DNA of 32,000 nt. Source: Caldivirga maquilingensis IC-167. Its GTDB lineage: Archaea; Thermoproteota; Thermoprotei; Thermoproteales; Thermocladiaceae. Under the pieces are notes generated by a model. That model was not told the origin of the DNA and did no database searches. It was given only the letters and a program-made list of their open reading frames with translations. The stretch covers positions 660,001 through 692,000 of the forward strand of contig NC_009954.1 of assembly GCF_000018305.1 (NCBI RefSeq), given 5' to 3'. Numbering within the stretch: the stretch's first letter is position 1; the number at the start of each line of letters is the position of its first letter. Shown one piece after another: positions 16,614 to 25,152 of this stretch. The position numbers and the translations under genes are program-made.

Positions 16614-16874
16614 ATGATAGATCAAGGAAGCGTTAAGGATGTGGTTAAGGGTTTCTTTAAATCAAGAGGCATCATTAACATTAGGTATATTAAGGTTAAT
16701 GCTAATGAGCGCGAAGGCGTAGTGCACGTGGGTATTTACATTGAAAAACCCATAAGCCTAACAATCCTAATCGACTTAACCACGGAGTTAAGTAGCAAAT
16801 TTAAGCTAAGTAATTGGCTAATCTACGCACCCCATGGTGGATTAATCAGATTAACCGGATCAGTGGGTAAGTAA
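16614..16874 (+). CDS. hypothetical small protein
   Basis: 86-aa ORF between the RNR and isomerase-like genes. No motif recognised. Confidence 0.45.
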   Translation: MIDQGSVKDVVKGFFKSRGIINIRYIKVNANEREGVVHVGIYIEKPISLTILIDLTTELSSKFKLSNWLIYAPHGGLIRLTGSVGK

Positions 16875-16921
16875 TCTTGTTGGTGTAAGTAGTTTAATTA
16901 CCTTAATTTAATGATTTAATG

Positions 16922-16929
16922 CTTTTAAG
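16922..16929 (+). promoter_or_regulatory. TATA-like box (CTTTTAAG) for the 451-aa gene
   Basis: Centre lies ~26 nt upstream of the ATG at 16951. Confidence 0.45.
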
Positions 16930-16950
16930 CTAATCCCACTCTTCTACATC

Positions 16951-18306
16951 ATGGTTAAGTTACCTGTGGTCTTTCTCGAGCCTCCCCTTGGTGCCGTTGG
17001 TTACCCCGGTGGTCCTAGTTTTAAGTATCTTCAAGGTAATGCACCTAGTGAGGTTTCCTCCTGGTTTGAGACCTTCTGGAAGTGGGCTAGTGACTTTGAG
17101 TCTAGGGTTCTTAATAGGCTTAAGTCCCTTTACCCTGATGTTGAGTTCACCCCTTACTACGCTAGGAGTATTGATGACCTTGAGGATGCCTTAACCAGGG
17201 AGTCTGAGTCAGTGGGCTTTATTGTAATTGATCTACAGGGCCCATCAAGTATGGTTCAGAGGATTGTGGCCACTGGTAAACCAGTGGTCTTCATTGCGGA
17301 GTCCCTTGGAGGTGGTGGTGATTACTTACTCTATAATAGGCTCCTTGAGCAATACCCGGTCTTAGGTATTGTGACTAGGAGTGTTGATTCTAATGAGGCT
17401 TTAAGCCTAGTTAAGTACCTTATTGCCTTAACCATGCTTAAGAACACTCATGCAGTAGTCATTAGTAATAGGGATTTAAGTAACTGGTTATCCTCAATAT
17501 CAAGGAACACCGGGGTTAAGTTCACCTTAATTAGTGGTGGTGAGTTTGTTGATAAGTATTATAGTAGGGTTAATGCTGATGAGGCTAAACCCATTGCTGA
17601 GACTTGGGTTAAGGAGGCATCCCATTACCCAGACCCCGATAAGCAGTGGCCTGAGGTTCTTAAGAGTGCTAGGCTTTACATTGCTGTTAATAGGCTTCTT
17701 GAGGATTATAAGGCTAATGCAGTAACCATCGACTGCCTAGGCTTAAGAAGCGCCTCAGCAGTAGTCCTTGATGCCTGGCCATGCTTAACATGGATGCAGC
17801 TTTGGCTTAACGGTAAGTATGTACCAATGTGTGAGGCTGATGCCAACTCACTAATAGCAGCATTAATAGGCAAGTACCTACTTAACACTGCAGGTTCAGC
17901 AACGGATCCTGTAACCGATGAGTTGACTGGTGAGGTAACCTACTACCACTGCTACTTACCAATCAACCCTAAGCCAGGTATTAGGCTTAGGTACTCGATA
18001 ATACCATCACACTTAGGAACCAGGTATGCTGCAGTTAATGTTGAGTACCCGGTTGGCTCAGATTTAACGGCTGTTGGCATTGATGCTGTTAATAGGATTA
18101 TGCATATTCACGTCAGTAAAGTTACTGGTAATGAACTCTCACTACCAGCATGTGGTACTAAGGTTATTGCCAAGGCTAATGTTAAGGCATTGAGTGTGAA
18201 GTGGGGTGCAGGTTGGCATAGGGTACCTTTACTAGGTGATCATAGGGATGAGCTTAAGAAAATGGCTAAACTAATGGGCTTCAAGGTAATTGAGGAGGAT
18301 CAATGA
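16951..18306 (+). CDS. L-fucose/L-arabinose isomerase-like protein (putative sugar isomerase)
   Basis: 451 aa. The block ANAVTIDCLG...WPCLTWMQL...PMCEADANSLIAALIGKYL resembles the conserved core of the fucose/arabinose isomerase-like family, recalled from memory rather than searched. Substrate unknown. Confidence 0.45.
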   Translation: MVKLPVVFLEPPLGAVGYPGGPSFKYLQGNAPSEVSSWFETFWKWASDFESRVLNRLKSLYPDVEFTPYYARSIDDLEDALTRESESVGFIVIDLQGPSSMVQRIVATGKPVVFIAESLGGGGDYLLYNRLLEQYPVLGIVTRSVDSNEALSLVKYLIALTMLKNTHAVVISNRDLSNWLSSISRNTGVKFTLISGGEFVDKYYSRVNADEAKPIAETWVKEASHYPDPDKQWPEVLKSARLYIAVNRLLEDYKANAVTIDCLGLRSASAVVLDAWPCLTWMQLWLNGKYVPMCEADANSLIAALIGKYLLNTAGSATDPVTDELTGEVTYYHCYLPINPKPGIRLRYSIIPSHLGTRYAAVNVEYPVGSDLTAVGIDAVNRIMHIHVSKVTGNELSLPACGTKVIAKANVKALSVKWGAGWHRVPLLGDHRDELKKMAKLMGFKVIEEDQ

Positions 18307-19308
18307 TTAATTAACCCAAAAATCCTCATAAAGCCTAAGCCACCCACCGCTAACAAGCTTATTCTTACCAACAACCTCATGTATCGGTACGTAACCATAC
18401 CTTGACTCACTGTAATTAACCATAACGTTACATAACTCATTCTCCACGGCTTCATAGGCCTTAGCAGCGTAGTTAACGGCTAGAACCCGGTCAAACGCAG
18501 ACGGTTGAACACCCCTTATGGAGTGACCTGGTGAAACAGCCCTAGTCTCTATTCCAGTCGTCTTCTCAATCAACTCAGCCAACCTATACCCAATTCCATT
18601 AGGCGTGGGGTGCTTATTGGCGGTGATAATACCGTCACTAACATTAATGCCTTCAGCCGTCACAACTAATGCGTAGTGCTTTATCTTATAGGCCTCAATT
18701 AGTTTATTAACTATGAAGTCCATGGTTAATGGGTACTCCGGTATTAGTGTTGCGTCTGCCATTGTTGCTAGTCCAGTGTGTAATGCTACCCATCCAGCCT
18801 CCCTACCCATAACCTCCACTACACCAATCCTCTCATGGGAGATTAAGGTGGTTTTAAAGGACTCAGTAACATTAACAGCAGCATTAACAGCAGAATCAAA
18901 ACCAATAGTAAAATCAGTACCAAAAACATCATTATCAATAGTCTTAGGAATATGAATAACCTTTATATCCAACTCAGTGGCCTTATAGGATGCCTTTAAT
19001 GATCCATCACCCCCAATAGCCACTATACAGTCAAGGCCATAATTATTAACGGCTTCAACAAGCTTCTCGACGTCATCCTCATTATCAAACACATTCCTTC
19101 TAGATGTCTTAAGGGCAGTACCACCCATGGATAAGTAAGGTAGTAGGTCAGTGGATTCAATTCTCCTAATGGAACCATCAATAAACCCCTCCCAACCATG
19201 GAATACAGCGAATAACTCATGTTTTCTCTCAGCCAGCTTAATGAAAGAGTACACTGCAATATTTAACCCAGGGGCATCCCCACCGCTGGTTAGTATTCCA
19301 ATCCTCAT
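18307..19308 (-). CDS. pfk: 6-phosphofructokinase, PfkA family (phosphoryl donor ATP or PPi not decidable from sequence)
   Basis: MRIGILTSGGDAPGLN, AIGGDGS, PKTIDNDV and MGREAG motifs are present. Confidence 0.9.
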   Translation of the reverse strand: MRIGILTSGGDAPGLNIAVYSFIKLAERKHELFAVFHGWEGFIDGSIRRIESTDLLPYLSMGGTALKTSRRNVFDNEDDVEKLVEAVNNYGLDCIVAIGGDGSLKASYKATELDIKVIHIPKTIDNDVFGTDFTIGFDSAVNAAVNVTESFKTTLISHERIGVVEVMGREAGWVALHTGLATMADATLIPEYPLTMDFIVNKLIEAYKIKHYALVVTAEGINVSDGIITANKHPTPNGIGYRLAELIEKTTGIETRAVSPGHSIRGVQPSAFDRVLAVNYAAKAYEAVENELCNVMVNYSESRYGYVPIHEVVGKNKLVSGGWLRLYEDFWVN

Positions 19309-19433
19309 GGTTCCTCACCCCAGTGTTTCATGGTAATTACCCAGTAATCTCTAGTAGTAATTAAGCGACTCATAGGTAGTTATTGGGTTAAGCTAATTTA
19401 ACCCTTGTGGTATTATTCTAGGGCTGAGTTAAG

Positions 19434-19457
19434 ATGAGTACACTTAAGTGTACTCAT
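19434..19457. promoter_or_regulatory. perfect 24-bp palindrome ATGAGTACACTTAAGTGTACTCAT, with an extra ATGAGTA half-site at 19464-19470
   Basis: I read it directly and it equals its own reverse complement. It lies in the 310-bp divergent region between pfk (start 19308) and the aminotransferase gene (start 19619). Confidence 0.6.
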
Positions 19458-19618
19458 TGGTAATGAGTAATTAATATTATTGAACTAGGTTTTCAAGTAA
19501 TCTGGGGGTATTTATAAGCCTATGGTTGTTAATGGTTTTATGCAATTATGTATAGTATCTACATTGTATGTTTAATTTGCTAAAAATAAATACGTAATGC
19601 ATATATATAAGCCTTAGC

Positions 19619-20818
19619 GTGGGTATTGTGCGTAATCTCTCCGATAGGATATCAGCCTTAAGGGAATCACCAACTAGAAGAATTGATGCAATAAGGGAGA
19701 GGCTTAGACGCGAGAACAGGGATATAATAGTCTTATCCGCTGGTCAACCAAGCATTCCCCCACCCCCTGAGATTAGGGCAATTATGGCTGAGGAGTTGGC
19801 TAAGGAGAGCATGGATTTATACGCCTATACGCCAAGCCAAGGCATAGTTGAGTTAAGGGAGGCTGTCTCCGAGGATTTGAAGAGGCTTGGTTCCCTTGAC
19901 GTTAAGCCTGATGACATAGTTATTGTGGCCGGCGGCCAGGAGGCCATGTTCGCCACATTAATGACCATACTGAATCCTGGTGATGAGGTAATATTAATGG
20001 ATCCAACATACTTCGGTTACAAACCCTTAATAGAGTACTTTGGTGCCAGGATTAAGAGACTGAGGTTAAGCATGGATGATGGCTTTAGGATAAACGTGGA
20101 GGCGCTTAAGGAGTTAATAAGCAGTAGGACTAAGGCAATTATCCTAGTCTCACCGGATAACCCAACGGGCTCCATAATTAGTGAGGACGTTGCTAAGGCT
20201 TTAGTCGACTTAGCTAGGGATAAGGACTTCTGGATAATATCGGATGAAGCCTACAGGACTCTAATATACGAGGGTAGTCACGTCTACCTCTACAAGTACG
20301 CCCCAGAGTACGTAATATCCCTAAACACGTTCTCAAAGGACCCAGGGATACCAGGTTGGAGACTTGGTTTCGTCTACGGGCCCCGTGAGATTACTTCAAG
20401 AATAAAACTAGCTGCGGAGGAGATGACCTACTGTCCACCATCCTTCGCTCAGCGTTTTGTGGCAACATACTTAAGGTCTGAGGTTAGGTTAAAGCACATT
20501 AAGTACGTTGTTGAGCAATACCGCGCCAAGAGGGATACCGCTGTTGAGGCAATTAGGAGGAATTTACCTGAAGCCAGATTCGTAGTCCCGAAGGGCTCAA
20601 TGTTCATTTTCGTTGACTTATCTAAGTACATTGATGATAGTGATAAATTCGCGGAGTTCGCCATGGAGAAGTACAGTGTAGCCCTGGTTCCAGGAAGCTA
20701 CTTCAGTGAGCAGTATAAGGCTGCTGTGAGGGTTTCGTTCGTGTGGGAGAGGACTGACCGTCTAGTAGAGGGTATTAGGAGGCTGGCTGAGGCAGCTAAG
20801 GCTTATAAGGCTTCATGA
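19619..20818 (+). CDS. class I/II pyridoxal-phosphate aminotransferase (aspartate aminotransferase-like)
   Basis: 399 aa. PLP-lysine block SKDPGIPGWRLGF, plus SPDNPTG and DEAY motifs. GTG start at 19619; GTG at 19628 is an alternative. Confidence 0.85.
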   Translation: MGIVRNLSDRISALRESPTRRIDAIRERLRRENRDIIVLSAGQPSIPPPPEIRAIMAEELAKESMDLYAYTPSQGIVELREAVSEDLKRLGSLDVKPDDIVIVAGGQEAMFATLMTILNPGDEVILMDPTYFGYKPLIEYFGARIKRLRLSMDDGFRINVEALKELISSRTKAIILVSPDNPTGSIISEDVAKALVDLARDKDFWIISDEAYRTLIYEGSHVYLYKYAPEYVISLNTFSKDPGIPGWRLGFVYGPREITSRIKLAAEEMTYCPPSFAQRFVATYLRSEVRLKHIKYVVEQYRAKRDTAVEAIRRNLPEARFVVPKGSMFIFVDLSKYIDDSDKFAEFAMEKYSVALVPGSYFSEQYKAAVRVSFVWERTDRLVEGIRRLAEAAKAYKAS

Positions 20819-20976
20819 GCATTACAGTGTAGTGTCTCATTAAAACTGATGTAATCATTAGGTAATAAATACTGCATATGAAGGTTAATTAAAGCGCCCT
20901 ATGAGGTTGACTTAACTATTAAATTCCTGGAACAATCTCATTCCTTAAGGTGGATCATTTATAAACAGACGGATAC

Positions 20977-21210
20977 ATGGGGGTATGGGTGTTAGGGGTG
21001 TCAACTGTCCTCAATATGGCGAAGAAGGCTTTAGCCCTATTGGGTGAGCAAATCTACAAATGCCCAAGCTGTGGGTATGGCTTAACTGTTGAGTCCCAGG
21101 TGGTTAGAGAGAGGAGTGATTACTATGTTGTGGAGAGGGTTCTCAGGTGTAGGAAGTGTGGGGTTAGGATTAGGCAAATGGTTTACTTGAATAAAATTAA
21201 TCCACGGTAG
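20977..21210 (+). CDS. small zinc-ribbon protein
   Basis: Two CxxC pairs, CPSCG...CRKCG. TATA-like TTTATAAA at 20958-20965 argues for a start downstream of 20977, either the GTG at 20989 or the ATG at 21016 (MAKKALALL...). Confidence 0.55.
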   Translation: MGVWVLGVSTVLNMAKKALALLGEQIYKCPSCGYGLTVESQVVRERSDYYVVERVLRCRKCGVRIRQMVYLNKINPR

Positions 21211-21265
21211 GTTTACATTGATTATGGAAAACACTATGGTTTATTTTAATTATGAAGTTACCCAC

Positions 21266-21370
21266 CTACTCCTCTTCCCACTCCTCGAACTCCTCCTCCT
21301 CAAACTCCTCCCACTCCTCCTCAAACTTACGTACAACTGGTTTATTTAGCTCCTTCTGTTCCTTAATCAT
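21266..21370 (-). CDS. 34-aa hyper-acidic micro-protein candidate (MIKEQKELNKPVVRKFEEEWEEFEEEEFEEWEEE)
   Basis: Not in the ORF track because it is too short. ATG at 21370-21368 and TAG at 21268-21266. TTTAAAA (21392-21398) is centred 25 nt upstream of the ATG, the same geometry as for the validated genes in this window. Confidence 0.4.
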   Translation of the reverse strand: MIKEQKELNKPVVRKFEEEWEEFEEEEFEEWEEE

Positions 21371-21391
21371 GAGTCAAGGTTAAGCCCTGAG

Positions 21392-21398
21392 TTTAAAA
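21392..21398 (-). promoter_or_regulatory. TATA box for the acidic micro-ORF
   Basis: TTTAAAA lies 25 nt upstream of the ATG at 21370. Confidence 0.45.
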
Positions 21399-21443
21399 GA
21401 ATTACCTTAATCTAAGTTAATGATTACTTGAGTAATACTTCAA

Positions 21444-23528
21444 TTAATTATTCATAGGTTTTAGTCTTGGATCAAGATCCACAAGTACTTGCCTCCTTAC
21501 AGGTCCCTCTATAAGTAATGCTCTACTTCTATTCCCCATCATGTGAGGCGCTAAACCTAACCTAAGCCATTCGAATTCATTCTGGTCAAGTTTAAGGTAA
21601 TTCATGGATTCAATTATATAGGAATCAGGCCCACCCATCATTATTATTAAGGGTATGTTCTGAATTAGGCTACTTGACACATTAGTTAACGTTTGGGTTA
21701 TTAGCATTACGCCTAGGCCCGATTTCCTAAGGCCCCTTACGTAGAGCTCCATTAACCTACTGTCCATGACGTAGTAAGCTTCATCAACAGCTAAGATATT
21801 ACTCAGCTTACTCACCTTACCGGCGAACATTGAGTATAGGTATGCTGTGACTTGGTTCATGGCGAAGGCTGTTAACTCAGGGTTAGGTAGTATTGACTTA
21901 AAGGATAAAACCACCCCCTGTCTCAGCTCCTCAGGGGTTATTAGGCCTCTTTTACCTAAGCTACTAGCTATAATGCTGTAAACGTATGAGAGTTCAATAT
22001 TATACGTGGTTTCCGCAGCCTTACTGAACACTTCCTTGAAGTCACCATGGTTACTGAGGCCCCCTAAATCACTTAGTATTAGGTCTAGGTCACTTATATT
22101 GAATGCCTCGGATATTGATTGGGCAACCCTTAGTATAGTCTCCTTACCCTCAATCTTACCCACAGGGTTAAGGAAATCCACGAAACGTTCTGAAACATCA
22201 ATAATAGGTAGGCCTAAGTTACTGTATTCACCATGCGGATCAATTACAATGATCCTTAAACCCATTTTAATTAACCTAGCTAATATGGTTCGTGCAGCCC
22301 ATGATTTACCCATACCAGTGGGACCCAGTAATAACATGTGGCCTGCTGGTAAGGAGTCCAAGTCAACCTCCACAGGTTTGCCAAGACTATCAACCCCAAT
22401 CCTAATAACCCTACTATCCTCGCTTACCCTTAATCTACCACCAGTGAATGGTATGAATACTGCAGCATCATGTGATAAACCATTCAGTAGGAAGCCGTCA
22501 GGAACCCATAATGCGTATGATGCAACCTTGCTCTTAGTGGCATTAACGTATTCAAATCCCCCATTGCATAGTAGCATTAACCTTAATGGTAATTCACCCG
22601 ACGATAACCTATCTATTACGTTTCTCCAATATAGTAAACCTGGGTAACTCTTACCCCTCTCCTTAACCACAAGGGACTCCGAGGCCTTATGATACTCCCT
22701 GGTGGCTAGCATTGATAATTCACTGTTCCCTGATATTACGAGTGCGTACTCATTAATAGTGTTATGGAAGGCCTTCGCCAAGGAGTAAACGTCAGCTTGC
22801 GTTAACTTACTCATCATAAGTTCATTCCTAGTACTAATCCTACTGAAGAGAAGCCCATTATTAACCGTGAACCTCCCACTCAAGTACTGCTTAATCACTA
22901 TTATTGCGAATATCAACCAAGGTGCAATACCTAATACTCCGAATAGTAGGAGAATAATTAATGGTATAGTTAGCACCATTATTAGGCTTGATACAGGGTA
23001 TGGTGATTGATTCACCAAGTTCCTAAGTTCCTCACCCTTTATTGGTTTAACCATGAAGTAATCCTCCAGAACATTAACCGCATTGGATTGAAACGACTTA
23101 AAATTATTAAACGGGGGTTCATCAACCATGGACACCCTTATTACTTTCCTATCACCAATTACTATGAATGTTATGTAGCATTTATCGCATAGGTTTAACC
23201 TAAGCAGCATTTCATTAACTAGATTAATGAACTTACCCTCACTTAACCTAAGTAGGTCATGAATAGGTTCAGCCAGTAGGAATGAGTGAACAAGTCTATT
23301 AATCGGATCATAAATGTAATTATCCCTTACCACTAACTGCGGCGCCACACTGTGCCTAATTGATAAGGCTAGTAAAGCCGCGTCATTCCTGAAGATTATT
23401 ATTAAGGGCACTAAGGCTATTAGAGCGTACTTGGTTATTAGTGAGGAAAGCATCACTAGTATTAATGCTGCAATCATCATTCTAATTCTTGTGGTGAATA
23501 TCATATTGACCTCGGTAGGAAGTTCCAC
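21444..23528 (-). CDS. membrane-anchored P-loop ATPase of the HerA/FtsK superfamily (DUF87/HerA-like motor with four N-terminal TM helices)
   Basis: Two TM hairpins at aa ~16-46 (IRMMIAALILVMLSSLITKYALIALVPLIIIF) and ~179-212 (VSSLIMVLTIPLIILLLFGVLGIAPWLIFAIIVI), separated by a ~130-aa loop. Walker A LLLGPTGMGKSW, the HerA-type signature IIVIDPHGEY, and Walker B ILAVDEAYYV. The likely true start is Met9 (23504), which gives an ATGA overlap with the upstream gene's stop. Confidence 0.8.
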   Translation of the reverse strand: MELPTEVNMIFTTRIRMMIAALILVMLSSLITKYALIALVPLIIIFRNDAALLALSIRHSVAPQLVVRDNYIYDPINRLVHSFLLAEPIHDLLRLSEGKFINLVNEMLLRLNLCDKCYITFIVIGDRKVIRVSMVDEPPFNNFKSFQSNAVNVLEDYFMVKPIKGEELRNLVNQSPYPVSSLIMVLTIPLIILLLFGVLGIAPWLIFAIIVIKQYLSGRFTVNNGLLFSRISTRNELMMSKLTQADVYSLAKAFHNTINEYALVISGNSELSMLATREYHKASESLVVKERGKSYPGLLYWRNVIDRLSSGELPLRLMLLCNGGFEYVNATKSKVASYALWVPDGFLLNGLSHDAAVFIPFTGGRLRVSEDSRVIRIGVDSLGKPVEVDLDSLPAGHMLLLGPTGMGKSWAARTILARLIKMGLRIIVIDPHGEYSNLGLPIIDVSERFVDFLNPVGKIEGKETILRVAQSISEAFNISDLDLILSDLGGLSNHGDFKEVFSKAAETTYNIELSYVYSIIASSLGKRGLITPEELRQGVVLSFKSILPNPELTAFAMNQVTAYLYSMFAGKVSKLSNILAVDEAYYVMDSRLMELYVRGLRKSGLGVMLITQTLTNVSSSLIQNIPLIIMMGGPDSYIIESMNYLKLDQNEFEWLRLGLAPHMMGNRSRALLIEGPVRRQVLVDLDPRLKPMNN

Positions 23529-23983
23529 CTAAACATTCGCAGGGGCTTGTGTTCAATGACCTTACCGTTCACTAGGTGCTCAGCTGCATCACCGCTAATT
23601 CCTAGTTCATTCATCAGTATTTTAATCACCTTATTCTTATCAAATGATCCGCTTGAAACGTAGTTAAGTAAGTCATCCTCATCATTAGCCAACGCCATTA
23701 ACACTATTACGCTTAACCCCTTAACTTTAATCGCCTTAAGTAAGTTAGCCACATCATACCACCTATACCTACTCAGCAGAATCCTTAACCTACTGATACA
23801 CCATTGCCTTAATTCACCGCAATCCTTAAAGTAATTCACCACCCCCCTAGGTACTTTACTGTCATTAACCCTATACTTACGTAGACTGGATTCCTGGGTT
23901 GCCTCATGATTCATCAGTGAGTTTAAGGTATCATTCACGAAGTCACTGTACTTGATTATGCTTCTCTTCACCATAGGGCTCAC
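23501..23983 (-). CDS. hypothetical protein (third gene of the ParA-like/HerA-like operon)
   Basis: 160-aa ORF, soluble, no motif recognised. Its TGA (23503-23501) overlaps the ATG at 23504 of the ATPase gene. Its own start is ambiguous: ATG 23983 or 23974, GTG 23938, or ATG 23914. Confidence 0.6.
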   Translation of the reverse strand: MSPMVKRSIIKYSDFVNDTLNSLMNHEATQESSLRKYRVNDSKVPRGVVNYFKDCGELRQWCISRLRILLSRYRWYDVANLLKAIKVKGLSVIVLMALANDEDDLLNYVSSGSFDKNKVIKILMNELGISGDAAEHLVNGKVIEHKPLRMFRWNFLPRSI

Positions 23984-24257
23984 ACTTACTTAACCTGAAC
24001 CTTAACCATGTCTTTATAAAGTCCGCTAGCCTTGAATTATACTTACTAACCTCAACGCATATATCATCTATAGTAACCTTATTAAGTATCTTAGTCACTA
24101 ACTCATCATCCTCACCGAATATTTCAGTGAAGTTCTCAAGGAGCTCAATCGCTATGTCAGTCTTACTCCTCTTCATGGATACTGGTTGATTAACCTGTGC
24201 AGCATTACCATCATCCTCCATTATTATTCTCCTAATCCTATCAATATCCTTCATCAT
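23943..24257 (-). CDS. hypothetical small acidic protein (second gene of the operon)
   Basis: 104-aa ORF. Its ATG (24257-24255) overlaps the TGA (24256-24254) of the ParA-like gene in an ATGA coupling arrangement. Confidence 0.6.
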   Translation of the reverse strand: MMKDIDRIRRIIMEDDGNAAQVNQPVSMKRSKTDIAIELLENFTEIFGEDDELVTKILNKVTIDDICVEVSKYNSRLADFIKTWLRFRLSKCEPYGEEKHNQVQ

Positions 24258-25123
24258 TTAACCACCCCCATGTACATGCTTACTTGATTAACCACATCCT
24301 TAGTTAATTCATCAATAGACTTCCTGAATACAGCCGCCTCCCTATACTTAACCGCTAATTCACCCTTCAGGGTAAGAGCCATGGCCACTGGGTCAAGTCT
24401 GATTAAGTACACCTTACCCCTTATGACATACCTATTAGCCTCCTTTGGGTAACCGTCGAAGTATTCATGATACTTGTTAACTATTACGTTAACCATGGAT
24501 TCATCATCAACGACCTTAATTAACCACCTGTACAATTCACTCAACACCCCCATGTAGACTTGACCAGGTTCAATAACTACATTAATGATGTCACTGTAGT
24601 ACAGTAGGAGTGGGTAAAGTGGACCTAGGAAACTTGGATTTGATGGAAGATCTATGAGTAGTATTGATAATCCGTTCTTAGCCAGCAGGGCAACCATGTT
24701 AGAGAGCCTATTAGCCATGGCTTCAAGGGGCATGGAGAATACAATCTTAGGTATCTTCAAGCTCCTAAATGAGCCAGGTGGAATGAATTTAACGTTAGGT
24801 TCCTCCTTGGACTCAACAATGTTTAACTCAGATCCATAGGCGACGTAGTCTATGAAGCCGCTGGATTCATCAGTGTACTCAACCTTATGAAGCCTACTGG
24901 CTGTTACATTACCATCAAAGCCTAGGTCAAGGATGACCACTGGTTCATCAATCATTGCCGCTATATTAGCCACTAGCGTACTCTTACCAGTACCACCCTT
25001 TGGTCCACTGGTGAAGGCCACTGATACTGTTAATGGCCTTAAGCCTAAGCCACTTAAGCTCATTAGGCCTTTAACACACCCAGGTTGATTAGGCATGCCC
25101 ATGTAGGTGCATGTTGAAAGCAA
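24254..25123 (-). CDS. ParA/MinD-family (SIMIBI class) ATPase with a deviant Walker A
   Basis: SGPKGGTGKST (KGGxGKS/T type), ILDLGFDG and a hydrophobic-Asp Walker B, ILLIDLP. The track start at 25123 is TTG. ATG alternatives are at 25102, 25096 and 25063. A TATA-like box lies at 25145-25152. Confidence 0.8.
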   Translation of the reverse strand: MLSTCTYMGMPNQPGCVKGLMSLSGLGLRPLTVSVAFTSGPKGGTGKSTLVANIAAMIDEPVVILDLGFDGNVTASRLHKVEYTDESSGFIDYVAYGSELNIVESKEEPNVKFIPPGSFRSLKIPKIVFSMPLEAMANRLSNMVALLAKNGLSILLIDLPSNPSFLGPLYPLLLYYSDIINVVIEPGQVYMGVLSELYRWLIKVVDDESMVNVIVNKYHEYFDGYPKEANRYVIRGKVYLIRLDPVAMALTLKGELAVKYREAAVFRKSIDELTKDVVNQVSMYMGVVK

Positions 25124-25144
25124 TCATACCCTACATCTGGCTTA

Positions 25145-25152
25145 ATTTTAAA
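25145..25152 (-). promoter_or_regulatory. TATA-like box (TTTAAAAT on the minus strand) for the ParA-like/HerA-like operon
   Basis: Centre lies ~26 nt upstream of position 25123. Confidence 0.45.

Noticed and set aside
18304-18311. Convergent gene pairs abut with zero spacer at TTAATTAA-containing junctions: 18304-18311 (isomerase-like/pfk) and 26833-26840 (NAC/EndoIII-like).
   Set aside because: The shared sequence is largely forced by two back-to-back stop codons (TGA or TAA followed by the complement of TAA) in an A/T-rich genome. It reflects genome compaction rather than a specific element.
22006-22647. 213-aa plus-strand ORF inside the HerA-like ATPase gene. The same applies to the other track ORFs lying antisense to or overlapping strong genes: 363-584, 4111-4476, 5901-6083, 7343-7633, 8731-8946, 9481-9738, 12359-12589, 13346-13585, 14798-14983, 15155-15472, 16094-16372, 16988-17194, 17534-17725, 17706-17888, 18713-18955, 19023-19259, 19151-19336, 20449-20664, 23007-23192, 24654-24839, 27395-27649, 31011-31235.
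   Set aside because: Each lies entirely within, or mostly overlaps, a gene with clear family motifs on the other strand or in another frame. Their translations are Ser/Leu/Pro/Thr-rich with no motifs, which is typical of shadow ORFs.
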